A stretch of DNA of 64,000 nucleotides from an uncultured cyanobacterium (GTDB lineage: Bacteria > Cyanobacteriota > Cyanobacteriia > Cyanobacteriales > Cyanobacteriaceae). Each line of letters opens with the position of its first letter. The first letter of the stretch is position 1. Shown one piece after another: positions 45,801-57,176 of the stretch. The stretch lies in NCBI GenBank assembly GCA_963710605.1, contig CAVQBA010000005.1, positions 1-64,000 of the forward strand, in the 5' to 3' direction. The notes below the pieces were generated by a model that worked only from the letters and a program-made list of their open reading frames with translations, was not told the DNA's origin and made no database searches. Made by a program: the position numbers and the translations under genes.

Positions 45801-45997
45801 TAAAGCAAATGCCATCACAGTGGCTATCTCAATTATATGAAACTTGTCTAATTTTAGATGAAAGCCAATTTCAAAAGCTAGTGGCTCAAATTCCGCCAAA
45901 ATATCAAGTATTGAGTCAATATTTAACTGAACTAGTAGATTTGATTAAGTGGGAAGAAATTATCGTCTTGATTGAGAAATATTTACAAAATAATTAA
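42818..45997 (+). CDS. Hybrid sensor histidine kinase (7TM-DISM-like input, PAS, HisKA, HATPase, receiver)
   Basis: About seven hydrophobic segments, NHELRTPLN, NLLGNAVKFT, DTGFGI, GLGLAIS, ILIVDD. Confidence 0.9.
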   Translation: MKKYLFVLLMIFGICLTNLLPIFGQTISTDNIVQPVILTNEVEEYNLAFNLEYLEDKNKTLTIDNITSNQSSSKFIPNQKYVPNLGVTNSAIWVRFTVTNNNSSRQKWQLILKDSRVGEIEVYIPQKNNQNFTIKKTGRYLPFKTREYNHRYFIFDLPLDYQEEKTVYLRLYSRSIMIFPLIITTLDNFLLGDQINLFLLGMALGIFLIVSLYTLSLSIVLKEQDYFDYTLLNFMTLMHKTCIIGFYQQYLFPNSTNEFELQIISAYLILLALIKFTNSFLELRQSNKLIYRVNSFLIIICIVCFILGFTIFNDYISIIISFLSIIVCGFVLLISLIKLKQKYLPARYFFLGMLAPLIVITLFNLSILQIYENNILALRGYPIVKIISMCLFSFALGDKIKIIKNEKQKAEQEILKNTQLYQQSIEEKNIILEQSKNQLNQILESLPVAVVVHNLDGTIKYMNQTSQKLLNKPINPNLKAQNLSYEYNVYIAGTNQIYPTSDLPSNKALKGEKIIVDNIEIHRENDLITLEVNATPIYNKKKQIQSAIAVFQDITKRKEAKQLLQEYNQKLTNEVNKRTEELAIAKEKAEIANKAKSVFLANINHELRTPLNAILGFTQIMLRSSELIEPEKEYVKIINRSGDYLLKLINNVLDLAKIEAGKTTLNNQPISLKRLLMEVKDFFALKVQEKGLEFNLELSDDIPQYIEIDGIKLRQILINLLGNAVKFTNEGKIGLKVTANQSNLESEKIILIFEVADTGFGIAEDELDIIYEPFTQATAGKYHQKSTGLGLAISRQYIQLMGGDISVTSKIDRGTTFIFNLPSKQALQSIEEEYKPSLSVKGLAESRYKYKILIVDDRLFNSQLIVSLLEPIGFELKTTENSKKALQIFSSWQPHLIFVDIRLPILEQLEIFNSQFQSSNKYHRAVIIAMTRDVLWQKQEYIFQSKCDDVLCQPITEDKIFTVIKKHLGVEYIYETVSESENVLLIKKEFPEQMLKQMPSQWLSQLYETCLILDESQFQKLVAQIPPKYQVLSQYLTELVDLIKWEEIIVLIEKYLQNN

Positions 45998-46158
45998 TAA
46001 TTGAATATTTTTATCAAAAAATCAGGGGTTTTAAACCCCGAATCTCCCCCCTTCGGTAAGCAGGGCTGTTTCGTTCTCGGAAGAAGAAAATAGCTAGAAG
46101 CTATTACTACTCGAAAGATTACTTTTTTTAACTATTTTCACTGTTATCTATTATCTGT

Positions 46159-47037
46159 TTACTCTTCACTCTCAATGACTTGTTTAAGTAGTTGAGATTC
46201 AATAGAAATATGATCGTAATTACCAAATATTTTTAATGATTTACTAAAGTCTTTTAATTGAATTAAAGCCGATTGAATTGGTTGCTCATAAGAATCCCCT
46301 TCTAAATCGATGAAAAATAAATATTCACCTAAACAATGCTTGTTTGGTCTAGATTCTATTTTAGTTAAATTAATCGATCGATCGGCAAAAATTTGTAATG
46401 GTTTAATTAATACCCCAGGCATATTTTTTTCAAAAGCTAAACCCAAAGAAACTAAATGTCCGTGATAATGTGGCTCACGAGTAACTACCCAAAAACGGGT
46501 AAAGTTGTCAGCATAATCATTAATATTTTCAACTTTAATCGGTAAATCATATAATTGTGCCGCTCTGACTGAGGAAATCGCCCCTGCGGTTGGTTCTTGA
46601 TTAAGATGATGTAAAGCCTCTGTTGTCGAATTAGTAGCAACTACAGAAGCATTAGGAAGGTTGAGAGCCAACCATTTTTGACATTGTGCTAAAGCTTGAG
46701 GATGAGAGTAAACGGTTTTGATACCTGAAAACGATCGACCACGAGACAAAAGATTATGAACAATCGGAATAGTCAAAGATTGTTGAATATGTATATTTTC
46801 TAATTCCCACAAAGTATCAAGAGTAATCATTACAGTACCTTCAATCGAATTTTCGATCGGCACAACTGCAATATCAGCTTTACCTTGAGCAACAGTTAAT
46901 AATGTTTGAGAAATACTCGTTATTGGGATTAAATCCGTATCAACATTATCCTTTTGGGCGAGAATTTGAGCATAACATAAAGTTGCCAATTCCGAATAAG
47001 TTCCTTTTGGTCCTAAATAGGCGATCGTTTTTCTCAT
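46159..47037 (-). CDS. pheA: Prephenate dehydratase
   Basis: YLGPKGTYS, PIENSIEG, SHPQALAQC, NFTRF, KIESRP. Confidence 0.96.
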   Translation of the reverse strand: MRKTIAYLGPKGTYSELATLCYAQILAQKDNVDTDLIPITSISQTLLTVAQGKADIAVVPIENSIEGTVMITLDTLWELENIHIQQSLTIPIVHNLLSRGRSFSGIKTVYSHPQALAQCQKWLALNLPNASVVATNSTTEALHHLNQEPTAGAISSVRAAQLYDLPIKVENINDYADNFTRFWVVTREPHYHGHLVSLGLAFEKNMPGVLIKPLQIFADRSINLTKIESRPNKHCLGEYLFFIDLEGDSYEQPIQSALIQLKDFSKSLKIFGNYDHISIESQLLKQVIESEE

Positions 47038-47118
47038 CTAACTCTGATCTAGATTTTCCTCAGACAATTATTATATCAATCTATTGAATAATTAACTGAC
47101 GTTACATAGTTAGGGAAT

Positions 47119-47241
47119 GAGTAATGAGTAAGGAGTAAGGAGTAAGGAGTAAGGAGTAAGGAGTAAGGAATATTAATTGTTAATTGTTAATTGTTAATTG
47201 TTCATTACTCTTAACTCTTAACTCTTAACTCTTAACTTTTA
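47119..47241. repeat. Composite heptamer array: (GAGTAAG)x6, (TTAATTG)x4, (TTAACTC)n
   Basis: Directly visible; TTAACTC arrays recur at ~60030-60063 and ~63189-63240. Confidence 0.92.
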
Positions 47242-47254
47242 AGCCCTTTGTTGA

Positions 47255-47955
47255 CTATGACTTTTGTTTTTGGGCGAGTGGATCGGCAATATAATTGAAA
47301 TTTTCATCACTATTCCAAGGGCCACGCTCGTCTTTAGCACCATTAGTAGATAAATTATAATAAATATCTACTGTTTCATCAGGTTGAACATTACCAAAGA
47401 AAGGCTCATCGAGTTTACCCAATGAATCAAGTGCTTTCATGAACATTTTGGTGTGAGAAATTTCACGAGTTAGCAAATGTACTAAAGTTTCTTTTGTTCC
47501 CTCATCAGGGGCTATTTTGATTAGTTCTTCGTAAGTTTGACGAGCACCTGCTTCAGCACCTATATTAGCTCGTAAATCCCGAACTACATCACCACCTTCG
47601 TTAAGATAACTAGCAGTCCAAGCCGAACCTTGAGAATCTAGAAAGTGTGGTCCTACACCTCTGAGGGCGAACAAAGTACTTTTAAAAGCATCTGTTTGAT
47701 CGGCATTTTTGGTATGAACTTCAATCAATTTACCGATCATTTCTAAATGACTAAATTCTTCGATCGCAATATCCTGCAACATATCTTTAATACCAGCATT
47801 TTCTACATGAAAAGACTGTACCCAATATTGTAGAGCGGCGGTAAGTTCACCAGTTGCACCACCGAATTGTTCTAATAGTAATTGAGCAAAACGAGGATCT
47901 GGCGTCTTTTGACATTTACGGGTTTAGTGATTAATTCTTTTTTATGAAAAAACAT
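47255..47955 (-). pseudogene. Manganese catalase with a frameshift near 47904-47910
   Basis: MFFHKKELI..VNV in one frame; PDPRFAQLLLEQFGGATGE, DIAIEEFSHLEM and REISH in another. Confidence 0.85.
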
Positions 47956-48389
47956 TATTTCTCTGTTTTGAAGTGTTTATTTGTAAGCTACTTATGAGCT
48001 ACTTATTTAAAATATTAATAAGTTTGTTCTTAAACACTATGGTTCAATAGTTAGATATACGTTTTTTTACTTAAGTACTTTTTAATGAAATCTAACCTGA
48101 GAAATACTTATTTTTCTAGATGACAAAATTTAAAAATTATCAGTGTTTTTGAATAAAGTAAAAAGTGTAGTTCAATAGTAATAGGGCAAATAAACTCTAG
48201 AAATTAATCCTAGTAAAGACAGCCCTTTATGAATCTAGATCTTGTCAATACAATTGTTGCAAGAGATTAAATCTCAGATTTACCAAAAAATTGACTTAAA
48301 GGCTTCCTCTTAAAAGAAGAAAAAAAGAAAAGATATTTTTTAGCTTTCAATCTTATTCTCACTTCAAAACTAAAGATAATCTTACTCTA

Positions 48390-49745
48390 TTAACTATTTA
48401 CTAAACTCATTGCTTCTCCTGTCAAGCTAAATGCTCGAACTTGAGTAATTTTAACAGGTACAACTTTGCCTTTAAGTTCATTAATATCTCCTGCAAAAAA
48501 AGTGAGTCGATTACCTGCGGTTCTACCGACTACTTGAGTGGTATTCTTAGGATTACCATCTTCAACTAATACTTGCTCGATACGTCCTAAATATCTTTGT
48601 GATCTTTCGACGGCTTTAGACGATACTAAATGATTTAGCCTTTGTAAACGATCGTTTTTATCTATTTCACTAACTTGATTTGACCAAATTGCCGCAGGAG
48701 TATTCGGGCGTGGTGAATAAGAAGCAGTATTAAGTAAATCAAAACCAATTTCCTCAACTAAACTTAAAGTCTTTTGAAATTGCTCCTCAGTTTCTCCAGG
48801 GAAACCCACAATAGCATCACCACTAATCGACGCATCGGGCATATATTCACGAATTTTAGTGATAATACTTTGATAACGCTCACGAGTATAACCCCGTTTC
48901 ATTTCCCTGAGAATGTCGTTATCTCCTGATTGAAAAGGTATATGGAAATGTTCGCAAACTTTAGGTAACTCATAACAGGCTTTAATCAAACGCTCAGTAA
49001 AATAACGAGGGTGAGAAGTAGCAAAACGAATCCTTTCAATACCCTCCACATCATGAATATAATAAAGTAAATCGGTTAAAGTATGTTTATGTCTGCCTGA
49101 AACTGTACTACCTGGTAAATCTCTACCGTAAGCATCAATATTTTGTCCGAGTAAAGTTACCTCCTTAAAACCTTGACGAGCAATTTCTTCGATTTCGGCT
49201 TTAATTACTTCTGGAGTACGAGACTGTTCAACTCCTCTTACATTAGGAACTACACAATAACTACATCTTTCATTACATCCATAAATAATATTAACCCAAG
49301 CGGAGACATCACTCTCACGACGAGGTTTAGTAATATCTTCATAAATATGAATTGGTTCGGTAGCCACTACCTGAGAGCCGTTAAAGACTTCTTCTAACAA
49401 ACTTTCTAAACGATTAGCGTGTTGGGGCCCCATAACTAAGTCTAATTCTGGTACTCTAGTTAAGAGCTTTTCTCCTTCTTGTTGAGCAACACATCCAGCC
49501 ACAATGAGGGTTAAATCAGCTTCTTTATGTTTTCTCACAGCTTGTCTGCCTAAGTAGGAATAGACTTTTTGTTCGGCGTTATCTCTGATGGTACAAGTGT
49601 TATAAACTAAAACATTAGCTTGATTAACGTCTTCGGTAAATTCAAATCCCATTGTTTCGAGGATACCTGCCATTCTCTCGGAATCGGCTTTATTCATCTG
49701 ACAGCCGAAAGTAGTTATATTATAAAAACGTTGCTTATTGGTCAT
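48390..49745 (-). CDS. miaB: tRNA-i6A37 methylthiotransferase
   Basis: [21 protein letters not shown]-terminal TRAM domain. Confidence 0.96.
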   Translation of the reverse strand: MTNKQRFYNITTFGCQMNKADSERMAGILETMGFEFTEDVNQANVLVYNTCTIRDNAEQKVYSYLGRQAVRKHKEADLTLIVAGCVAQQEGEKLLTRVPELDLVMGPQHANRLESLLEEVFNGSQVVATEPIHIYEDITKPRRESDVSAWVNIIYGCNERCSYCVVPNVRGVEQSRTPEVIKAEIEEIARQGFKEVTLLGQNIDAYGRDLPGSTVSGRHKHTLTDLLYYIHDVEGIERIRFATSHPRYFTERLIKACYELPKVCEHFHIPFQSGDNDILREMKRGYTRERYQSIITKIREYMPDASISGDAIVGFPGETEEQFQKTLSLVEEIGFDLLNTASYSPRPNTPAAIWSNQVSEIDKNDRLQRLNHLVSSKAVERSQRYLGRIEQVLVEDGNPKNTTQVVGRTAGNRLTFFAGDINELKGKVVPVKITQVRAFSLTGEAMSLVNS

Positions 49746-50117
49746 AATTTAAAATAAAAGTTTTTCTAGTATCAGTATTTTTTCTCTTTCTAAACTGAGT
49801 CACTATTTCTAAGTTCGAGTTATTATTGAGGTCGAAATTCAATCTTCAATCTATTATAAAGAGCATTTAATTTTTAAGAGACGATCGTTATTAAAAAAAT
49901 TTATAGTTATTATTAATAATTAAAACTTTACAATTGATAATTACTCATTGTTCACTGTTCATTGTTAATTGTTCATTGTTAAAACGGTATTTTGTTATAA
50001 CTCTTAATAAAATAGACCCTTTATAAGGGAAAGATTTTGCTAAACTGTAACATAACTCGACGTTCTAAATTAGAAAGAACTTAAGAGCAAAGAAATTTTT
50101 ATATCTACATATATACT

Positions 50118-51194
50118 ATGGTAACAACAGTTCAAAAGCCAGAATATGATGAACTTCGTCCGGGTGTAAAAGCACCAGCAAAAGAAACCATTTTAACTCC
50201 TCGTTTTTACACTACGGATTACGAGGAAATGGCGAAAATGGACATGAGCGTCAATGAAGATGAATTAAGAGCCATTATCGGTGAATTAAAAGAAGACTAT
50301 AACCGTCATCATTTTGTTCGTAATGAAGAATTTAATCAATCATGGGAACATTTTGATGCAGAAACTCGCCGTTTATTTGTCGAATTTTTAGAACGCTCTT
50401 GTACTGCCGAATTTTCTGGTTTCCTATTATATAAAGAGTTAGGCAGACGTTTAAAAGGAAAAAACCCTCTTTTAGCAGAAGGTTTTAACTTAATATCTCG
50501 TGATGAAGCACGTCATGCTGGTTTTTTAAACAAAGCATTGTCAGATTTTAATATGACTTTAGATTTAGGATTTTTAACCAAAAGTCGTAGTTATACTTTT
50601 TTCAAACCCAAATTTATTTTGTACGCTACCTATTTATCGGAAAAAATTGGTTACTGGCGTTATATTACTATTTTTCGTCATTTAGAACAAAATCCTGAAA
50701 ACACAATTTACCCAATTTTTAAATTCTTTGATAATTGGTGTCAAGATGAAAATCGTCATGGTGACTTTTTTGATGCAGTGCTAAAAGCACAACCTTTTTT
50801 CTTAGATGATTGGAAAGCAAGATTGTGGTGTCGTTTCTTTTTACTTTCTGTCTTTGCGACTATGTATCTTAATGATTTACAAAGAGCAAGTTTTTATGCC
50901 TGTCTCGGGTTAGATGCTAGAAGTTATGATAGAGAGGTAATTGAAAAAACTAATAATACCGCAGGAAGAGTATTCCCGATTATTTTAGATGTCAATCATC
51001 CTGCTTTTTACGGTAGTTTAGAAAAATGTGTTACTAACTGTGAAAAGTTAAGAGCGATCGATGCTTCTAATAGTATTGCACCTATAAAGATATTACGTAA
51101 AGCACCTCTGTTTTTATCTAACGCAACTCAATTTGTTCGTTTATATTTCCTCAAACCAATTAAAACCGAAGCAAAACAAGGTTGTGTTTGCTAA
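50118..51194 (+). CDS. acsF: Mg-protoporphyrin IX monomethyl ester oxidative cyclase
   Basis: [35 protein letters not shown]. Confidence 0.97.
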   Translation: MVTTVQKPEYDELRPGVKAPAKETILTPRFYTTDYEEMAKMDMSVNEDELRAIIGELKEDYNRHHFVRNEEFNQSWEHFDAETRRLFVEFLERSCTAEFSGFLLYKELGRRLKGKNPLLAEGFNLISRDEARHAGFLNKALSDFNMTLDLGFLTKSRSYTFFKPKFILYATYLSEKIGYWRYITIFRHLEQNPENTIYPIFKFFDNWCQDENRHGDFFDAVLKAQPFFLDDWKARLWCRFFLLSVFATMYLNDLQRASFYACLGLDARSYDREVIEKTNNTAGRVFPIILDVNHPAFYGSLEKCVTNCEKLRAIDASNSIAPIKILRKAPLFLSNATQFVRLYFLKPIKTEAKQGCVC

Positions 51195-51469
51195 AAAGAT
51201 TAATTAGCTATTTCAATCCCCCCAACCCCCCTTTGTAAGGGGGGCTTACTTAATGTAAATATTACTTATGATAAATAAACATTGTGAAACCCTACCCTAA
51301 ATATTTAAGGGAGGGCTTTTTTTTGATTTAATTTTAATAAGGTGGGCGGTGCATCGCCCTACATTTGTAGTTATAAACTATCAACTTCAAATAATGAAGT
51401 TTTAATGATTAATAGCTTGAAGTAAGCTACTTTTACTTAAATTACTAAGTCTATTTTGACAGACTAAGA

Positions 51470-51949
51470 CTAATTATTTGCTTTATTTTCGGCGTTTAAC
51501 ATTTTGTCTTCTTCAGTACCTAAATTTACTTTAAATACTTTGTTTTTTGCTTCTTCTAATTTAGGTAAAGTTAAGACTAAGACACCATTATTGTAGTCTG
51601 CGTTTACTTCATTATTTCTAATAGCTACAGGTAGATTAATTGTTCTTTCAAAATGCTCGTAATTAAGCTCAGAAATATAGTAACCATTACCTTTGTCTTC
51701 GGTTTTGTTTTCAAATGTACCGACAATCTTGACATTATCACGAGTTACACTTACATCTAAATTGTCTTTGTCTATACCGGGTATTGATACTCTTAATGTT
51801 AGGTTGTCATCGTGATCAGTTAATTCTACTGCTGGTTTGAAAACTGTTGTTTGAGAATTATCCCATGTCGCCATATCTTCGAGCAAACGATTCATTTGAC
51901 GGTGTAAGCTGTTGATTTCGTATAAAGGATTAAAGCGTACAATAGCCAT
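51470..51949 (-). CDS. hspA: Small heat-shock protein (Hsp20)
   Basis: PAVEL, FERTINLP, ADYNNGVLVLTLPK. Confidence 0.9.
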   Translation of the reverse strand: MAIVRFNPLYEINSLHRQMNRLLEDMATWDNSQTTVFKPAVELTDHDDNLTLRVSIPGIDKDNLDVSVTRDNVKIVGTFENKTEDKGNGYYISELNYEHFERTINLPVAIRNNEVNADYNNGVLVLTLPKLEEAKNKVFKVNLGTEEDKMLNAENKANN

Positions 51950-52085
51950 AATTTATTTTCTCCTTGATGTTTTTTCTTAGTTGATTTATTTAACTTTCGT
52001 TGTTATTTATATATTTACATATTCATTTTTTAGCTGAGGGGAGAAAACCGATTAAAAAACGATCGAGTTTACCGTAAAAATCAAA

Positions 52086-52114
52086 GTAGGGGCGTAGCAC
52101 TGCTACGTCCCTAC
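52086..52114. repeat. GTAG..CTAC REP-like intergenic palindrome
   Basis: GTAGGGGCGTAGCACTGCTACGTCCCTAC; similar palindromes at 2381-2407, 7616-7640 and 38207-38231. Confidence 0.75.
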
Positions 52115-52141
52115 ATTATGTAAAATTAATTGCCAATTATT

Positions 52142-53632
52142 TTATAGTATTGGTGCCGATAAACGAGAGACTTTAGCAGATAACTTGAACCAAAAAGATC
52201 GTTTCCGATATTGTTTAAGATCGACTAACATTGAACAGTTGAGATCATTTTTAAACATTTTCTCGACGCTTTCGACTAAATCGTGAGATGTCGTTTGATT
52301 TTGTGAAGGTATTGTCTTGTTCGCCAGATGTGAAGAAATTGCGAACGTCATCGCCTCAAAGTTAAGAAAAAAAGAGCGATTGTCGATATTTATTGTGCCG
52401 ACACCTGCTATTTTACGATCGCATAAAATAATTTTTTGGTGCATAAAGCCCGATCGATAACGATAAATTTTGATACCTATATTTTGTAATTCGGTGTAAT
52501 AGGAAAAAGAACAAAGGTAAACTAGTAAATGATCTGGTCTGTCAGGTAAAATAATTCTAACATCAACACCTCTAAGAGCGGCTAACTTTAAAGCATTGAG
52601 AGTCGTATTATCGGGGACGAAATAAGGCGTAGCAATCCATAACCTATCTTCAGCTAAATTAATTAAATTAAGATAAAATAATGTACAAACATTTAATCTA
52701 TCCGCAGGTCCAGTTGTTAGTACAAATGCTGTTTGGTTATATCGGTGGTCGTTGACGATCGACCAAGATACATCAATAACATCTCTAGTTGCCCAATACC
52801 AATCTTTAAGGAATGTTCCCTGCAAAGACTGAACAATAGTACCCTTAGCTTCAAGATGAGTATCTCGCCAAGCACCGAAACGAGGAACTTTACCCAAATA
52901 TTCATCACCAATATTTAAACCACCGACAAAACCAATTTCTCCATCAACAATAATAATTTTACGATGGTTGCGAAAGTTTAGTTGAAAACGATTACCTCGA
53001 CCTTTAGTACTACGAAAACTCTTAACAGCTATACCATTTTTGCGTAAAGAATCGACATAACTATGGTTTAGTTTATAAGAGCCTAGTCCATCATACAGTA
53101 CATATATTCTTACTCCTTCTTTAGCTTTAGCGATTAAAGCATCTTTAAACTGATTGCCTATTTCATCGTCATGGATAATATAAGATTGTAGTAAAATATA
53201 ATTCTTAGCAAGAGCGATCGCTTTGAGCATATGAATAAAAGTTTGCTCACCATCAATTAATAGTTCGATCGCATTATTATGAGTAAAAGGAAGATCGCTT
53301 ATTTTTTTAATTAATCGATCTAAGGTTGTTAACTCTTCAGGTAATTCTGCTTTAAAATATAGTATTTGGCGATAAACATCATGTAATGTATCTTGATGCC
53401 GATAATATACTCGACGCATGGCTTCGCTATAGCCTTGAAATTGACTTCTACCAAAAATCCAATATAAGGGTACAGCTAACCAAGGAAAAGTTATCAAAGA
53501 AATCGCCCAAGCGACTGCACCTCTAGAAGAGCGAACATTCATTACCGCATGGATAGCATTAATAACACCCAAAGTATGAACCACGAATAAGACGATGCTG
53601 TAGATTGGCAAAAATTTGATTGCAGAAATCAT
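52142..53632 (-). CDS. cls: Cardiolipin synthase-like phospholipase D
   Basis: Two HKD motifs (NHRKIIIVD, MHQKIILCD) and N-terminal TM segments. Confidence 0.9.
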   Translation of the reverse strand: MISAIKFLPIYSIVLFVVHTLGVINAIHAVMNVRSSRGAVAWAISLITFPWLAVPLYWIFGRSQFQGYSEAMRRVYYRHQDTLHDVYRQILYFKAELPEELTTLDRLIKKISDLPFTHNNAIELLIDGEQTFIHMLKAIALAKNYILLQSYIIHDDEIGNQFKDALIAKAKEGVRIYVLYDGLGSYKLNHSYVDSLRKNGIAVKSFRSTKGRGNRFQLNFRNHRKIIIVDGEIGFVGGLNIGDEYLGKVPRFGAWRDTHLEAKGTIVQSLQGTFLKDWYWATRDVIDVSWSIVNDHRYNQTAFVLTTGPADRLNVCTLFYLNLINLAEDRLWIATPYFVPDNTTLNALKLAALRGVDVRIILPDRPDHLLVYLCSFSYYTELQNIGIKIYRYRSGFMHQKIILCDRKIAGVGTINIDNRSFFLNFEAMTFAISSHLANKTIPSQNQTTSHDLVESVEKMFKNDLNCSMLVDLKQYRKRSFWFKLSAKVSRLSAPIL

Positions 53633-53814
53633 TTTAGATCTTAGTTACTAGCATTAATAATATAGACCGTTATTCGAGTATAAAATGCGTTTTTTAATAA
53701 ATATATACCACTGCAACATGATTTGTTATCTATAGCAGTAAACCAGATAGGCATGGAGATTATCGATCCCCCTAACCCCCTTATAGAAGGGGGAACATTC
53801 TCCAAATAAATGTC

Positions 53815-54693
53815 CTAATTAAGTGATTCTTTACTATAGTTTTTGTTTAGGCACAATTCCACAAAAAGAGGATTATGATCTGAAGAAGAGACATTATCTA
53901 TAACTTTGGTAGTCTGTGGCTTAGGAGTTAGTCCACGATAGAAAATATAATCTAACGGTGGAGACAACAAAAAGTTTTTAATTTTTTTATTATCTTCTGC
54001 GGAAAAAGATACACAAGTTAAATTTAATCTAGCTGACATTTGTGATAACATTTGCCAACGAGATTTATTCCATGTATTGAAATCTCCTGCTAAAATAACC
54101 GCCCCCTGATGTTGATTAATTACTGACTCAATTTCTTGTAGCTGAGTGGTGAATTTATCTAAACTGACAAAATTGATTAAATGAGTATTGACAGCTAATA
54201 AACTTTCAGAGTGATGCTTTTGGCTATTATCTAAATTCTTGTCTAAAGCATATTTGGTAAATAAAGAAACTTTAGGGGTATTAATTAATGGCTCGTTATG
54301 CTTAGTAATTATCGCTTGACTAGAAATACGATCGCCTTTAGTAGCAATCAAAATTCCTGAATAATTATTTTTAGAAGTATCGATAAAGTTAGGTGCAAAA
54401 GCCCAACTCATTTGAGCTAATTCAGCAATTTCTTCAACCCCAACAGATAAAGCAACTTCTTGTAAAAAGATTTTGTCTGGTTGATATTTTTCGACAATGG
54501 CTAAAAAATCTCGACTCCAGTTGCGATCGTTATTATTTTTAGCAACATTCCAATTCAAAACTTTAATTGAAGTTAGATTTAGACTAGGGTTTGAGTAGCT
54601 ACTATGAATTATCGTTTCTGGTACTTGTTTAAATCGATCGATTAGATTCCATTGACTTAAATCAAATGATTTTTGTTCTTGTTTTTCAACCAT
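53815..54693 (-). CDS. Endonuclease/exonuclease/phosphatase family protein
   Basis: LNWNV, LQE, AGDFN, LDYIFY, SDHNP. Confidence 0.88.
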   Translation of the reverse strand: MVEKQEQKSFDLSQWNLIDRFKQVPETIIHSSYSNPSLNLTSIKVLNWNVAKNNNDRNWSRDFLAIVEKYQPDKIFLQEVALSVGVEEIAELAQMSWAFAPNFIDTSKNNYSGILIATKGDRISSQAIITKHNEPLINTPKVSLFTKYALDKNLDNSQKHHSESLLAVNTHLINFVSLDKFTTQLQEIESVINQHQGAVILAGDFNTWNKSRWQMLSQMSARLNLTCVSFSAEDNKKIKNFLLSPPLDYIFYRGLTPKPQTTKVIDNVSSSDHNPLFVELCLNKNYSKESLN

Positions 54694-55245
54694 ATCGCAA
54701 GTTCTTAACTATCTAATTTAAAAGCTAGATCTTCTAAATTTAAAGAATCTCGATCAGCCTATGGCTGCCACCCTTGGCGATCGTCTAACTATTGAATTAT
54801 ATCAAGTTTTTAATTGTCGTCAGCTAACAGAATTAGTAGTAGAAAAATTGATGATAGGTAAGGGTTAAGTTATCGTCGCTTTAATTAAAAATGAAAAAGT
54901 ATTAATAGTGGTGAAATGTGAAGATCTTAACCCGCCTTGCAATCAATTGACAAGGCTAATAGATACCGTTTAATAAATTAAACTCAAATCAAATCCTAAA
55001 AATTGTCTCACCTTTATTTTAAACGAGCATATTTGTAGGTTGGGTTAAGCCTCAAAAAATTTAATAGATCAATAATAGATCAAAAAAGCGAAACCCAACA
55101 GCCAAGGCGGAAAATATGAAAAAGGTTAATGATGGGTTACTGCACTCGTTATTAATGATTTGGTTGAAGTTAATAATTGATAAATGCTATCGCCCATCCT
55201 ACTACTAGTAAGCCCCCCTTACGCAAGGGGGTTGGGGGGATCTAT

Positions 55246-56585
55246 TTATTGTTTTAAACTGTCTATCTCAGATAAAGAACGATCGGCATAGGCTTGATAA
55301 CGATCGCGTTTACTACGTATTTTACGATCGAATTTAGGGATAATGCCAAAATTAGGAGGCATCGGTTGAAAATGCTTAGGCGAAGCCGTAGTAATAAATT
55401 CAACTAAAGCACCCATCATCGTTACAGGGGGTAATGTTATCGGAGACAAACCAAGTGCTACTCTAGCGGCATTCGTACCAGCTAACCAACCACCAGCGGC
55501 GGCGGCGGTATAACCTTCGGTACCAATTAGTTGCCCTGCGGCGAGAAGAGTATCACGGTATTTAAACTGTAAGGAAGAATTTAATAATTTCGGTGTATTG
55601 AGAAAAGTGTTTTTGTGCATTACGCCCATACGTACAAACTCAGCATTCTCTAATCCTGGAATGAGACGAAAGACTCTTTTTTGCTCTCCCCATTTTAGAT
55701 TAGTCTGAAAACCGACCATATTCCATAGTTGCCCTGCTTTATCCTCTTGTCTAAGTTGTACCACTCCATAGGGGCGTTTATCTTTATTTTCTGGTGCTTT
55801 AAAATCACCCAAACGAGCATCAAACAAACCCACAGGTTTAACAGGGCCATATCTCATGGTGTCTTCTCCCCGTTGAGCTAATTCTTCGATCGGTAAACAA
55901 CCTTCAAAAAAGTTAGAACTTTCTCTTTCAAAGTCTTTTAACTCAGCTTGTTCGGCTTTACATAACTCTTGCCAAAAATGTAGATATTGTTCTTTATTCA
56001 TCGGGCAATTCAGATAAGCGGCTTCTCCTTTGTCGTAACGAGAGGCAAGAAAAGCTATCTCTTTATTAATTGATTCGCCGACAATAATTGGACTAGCGGC
56101 ATCAAAAAAGTTAAGGTAATCCATCCCTGTTAAGTTTTGTAACGAACCCGCTAGAGTTGGGACTAGTTAATGGTACCTGTTGCCAAAACGATAATTCCAT
56201 CGGTTGGTATCTGCTTGAGTTCTTCTCTTTTAAGGGTGATTAAAGGGTGATTAGCGATCGTTTGGGTCAATTCATGAGAAAAAACACCTCGATCGACTGC
56301 CAAAGCTCCTCCTGCGGGGACACGATGTTTGTCGGCAGTGTGAATTACCAATGAATTTAAACGGCGTAATTCTTCGTGTAAAAGTCCAGCGGCTCGATCG
56401 ACTCCATCGGCACCAAAAGAGTTACTACAAACAAGTTCGGCTAATTCTTCACTATGGTGAGCAGGGCTTTTTTGGTGTGGACGCATTTCGTAGATATTGA
56501 CTTCAACACCTGCTTGAGCAATTTGCCAAGCGGCTTCAGTACCAGCTAATCCACCACCAATAACAGTCACAGAATTATGATTCAT
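55246..56585 (-). pseudogene. trmFO: Folate-dependent tRNA U54 methyltransferase with a 1-bp insertion near 56174
   Basis: [17 protein letters not shown]; deleting one base restores [21 protein letters not shown]. Confidence 0.88.
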
Positions 56586-56706
56586 TATATTTTATCTTCT
56601 TGAAAATTGCTGAATATCAAACGTTAAGAAAAACTATGATAACTTAAATTACATTTGTAATGATGACGATCGATTTCCGACTCAGAATAAATTATCAATT
56701 ATCAAT

Positions 56707-57084
56707 TTACTTACTACTACTTTTTTTGAGTAAGTATTTAATTGTTTTTAGCAATTCCATCGTTTTAAAGGGTTTAACGATATAAGCATCTGCCCCTTGT
56801 CTAGTTGCCCAGTGAACATCAAAGTCTTCACTTTTGGTCGAACAAATTATCACCGGTACATTTTCACTTCTAGGATTGCTTTTTATCCACCGACACAATT
56901 CGTAGCCGTTCATTTCTGGCATGACTACATCAGTAATAACTAGATTAAAACTTTCTTTCTCCAGAATTTTAGTCGCCTCTAACCCGTTGACAGCTTCTGT
57001 TACGCTTATTTTAAATTGCTTAAGAGCTTCGGTAATAACTTCTCTGGGAGTATGATTATCATCGACAACTAAAATTTTAATCAT
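56707..57084 (-). CDS. Single-domain CheY/PilH-like response regulator
   Basis: LVVDD, TDVVMPEMNG, YIVKP. Confidence 0.92.
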   Translation of the reverse strand: MIKILVVDDNHTPREVITEALKQFKISVTEAVNGLEATKILEKESFNLVITDVVMPEMNGYELCRWIKSNPRSENVPVIICSTKSEDFDVHWATRQGADAYIVKPFKTMELLKTIKYLLKKSSSK

Positions 57085-57176
57085 GACTGGATGAATATTT
57101 TAAAGATTAGAAGCATTGGACTAACTAATCGCTAATAATAAAATAAATAATAATATTAAACTATAAGTTAGTATAA

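Noticed and set aside
47119-47241. Heptamer arrays as CRISPR
   Set aside because: They are contiguous 7-bp units with no spacers; STRR-like repeats.
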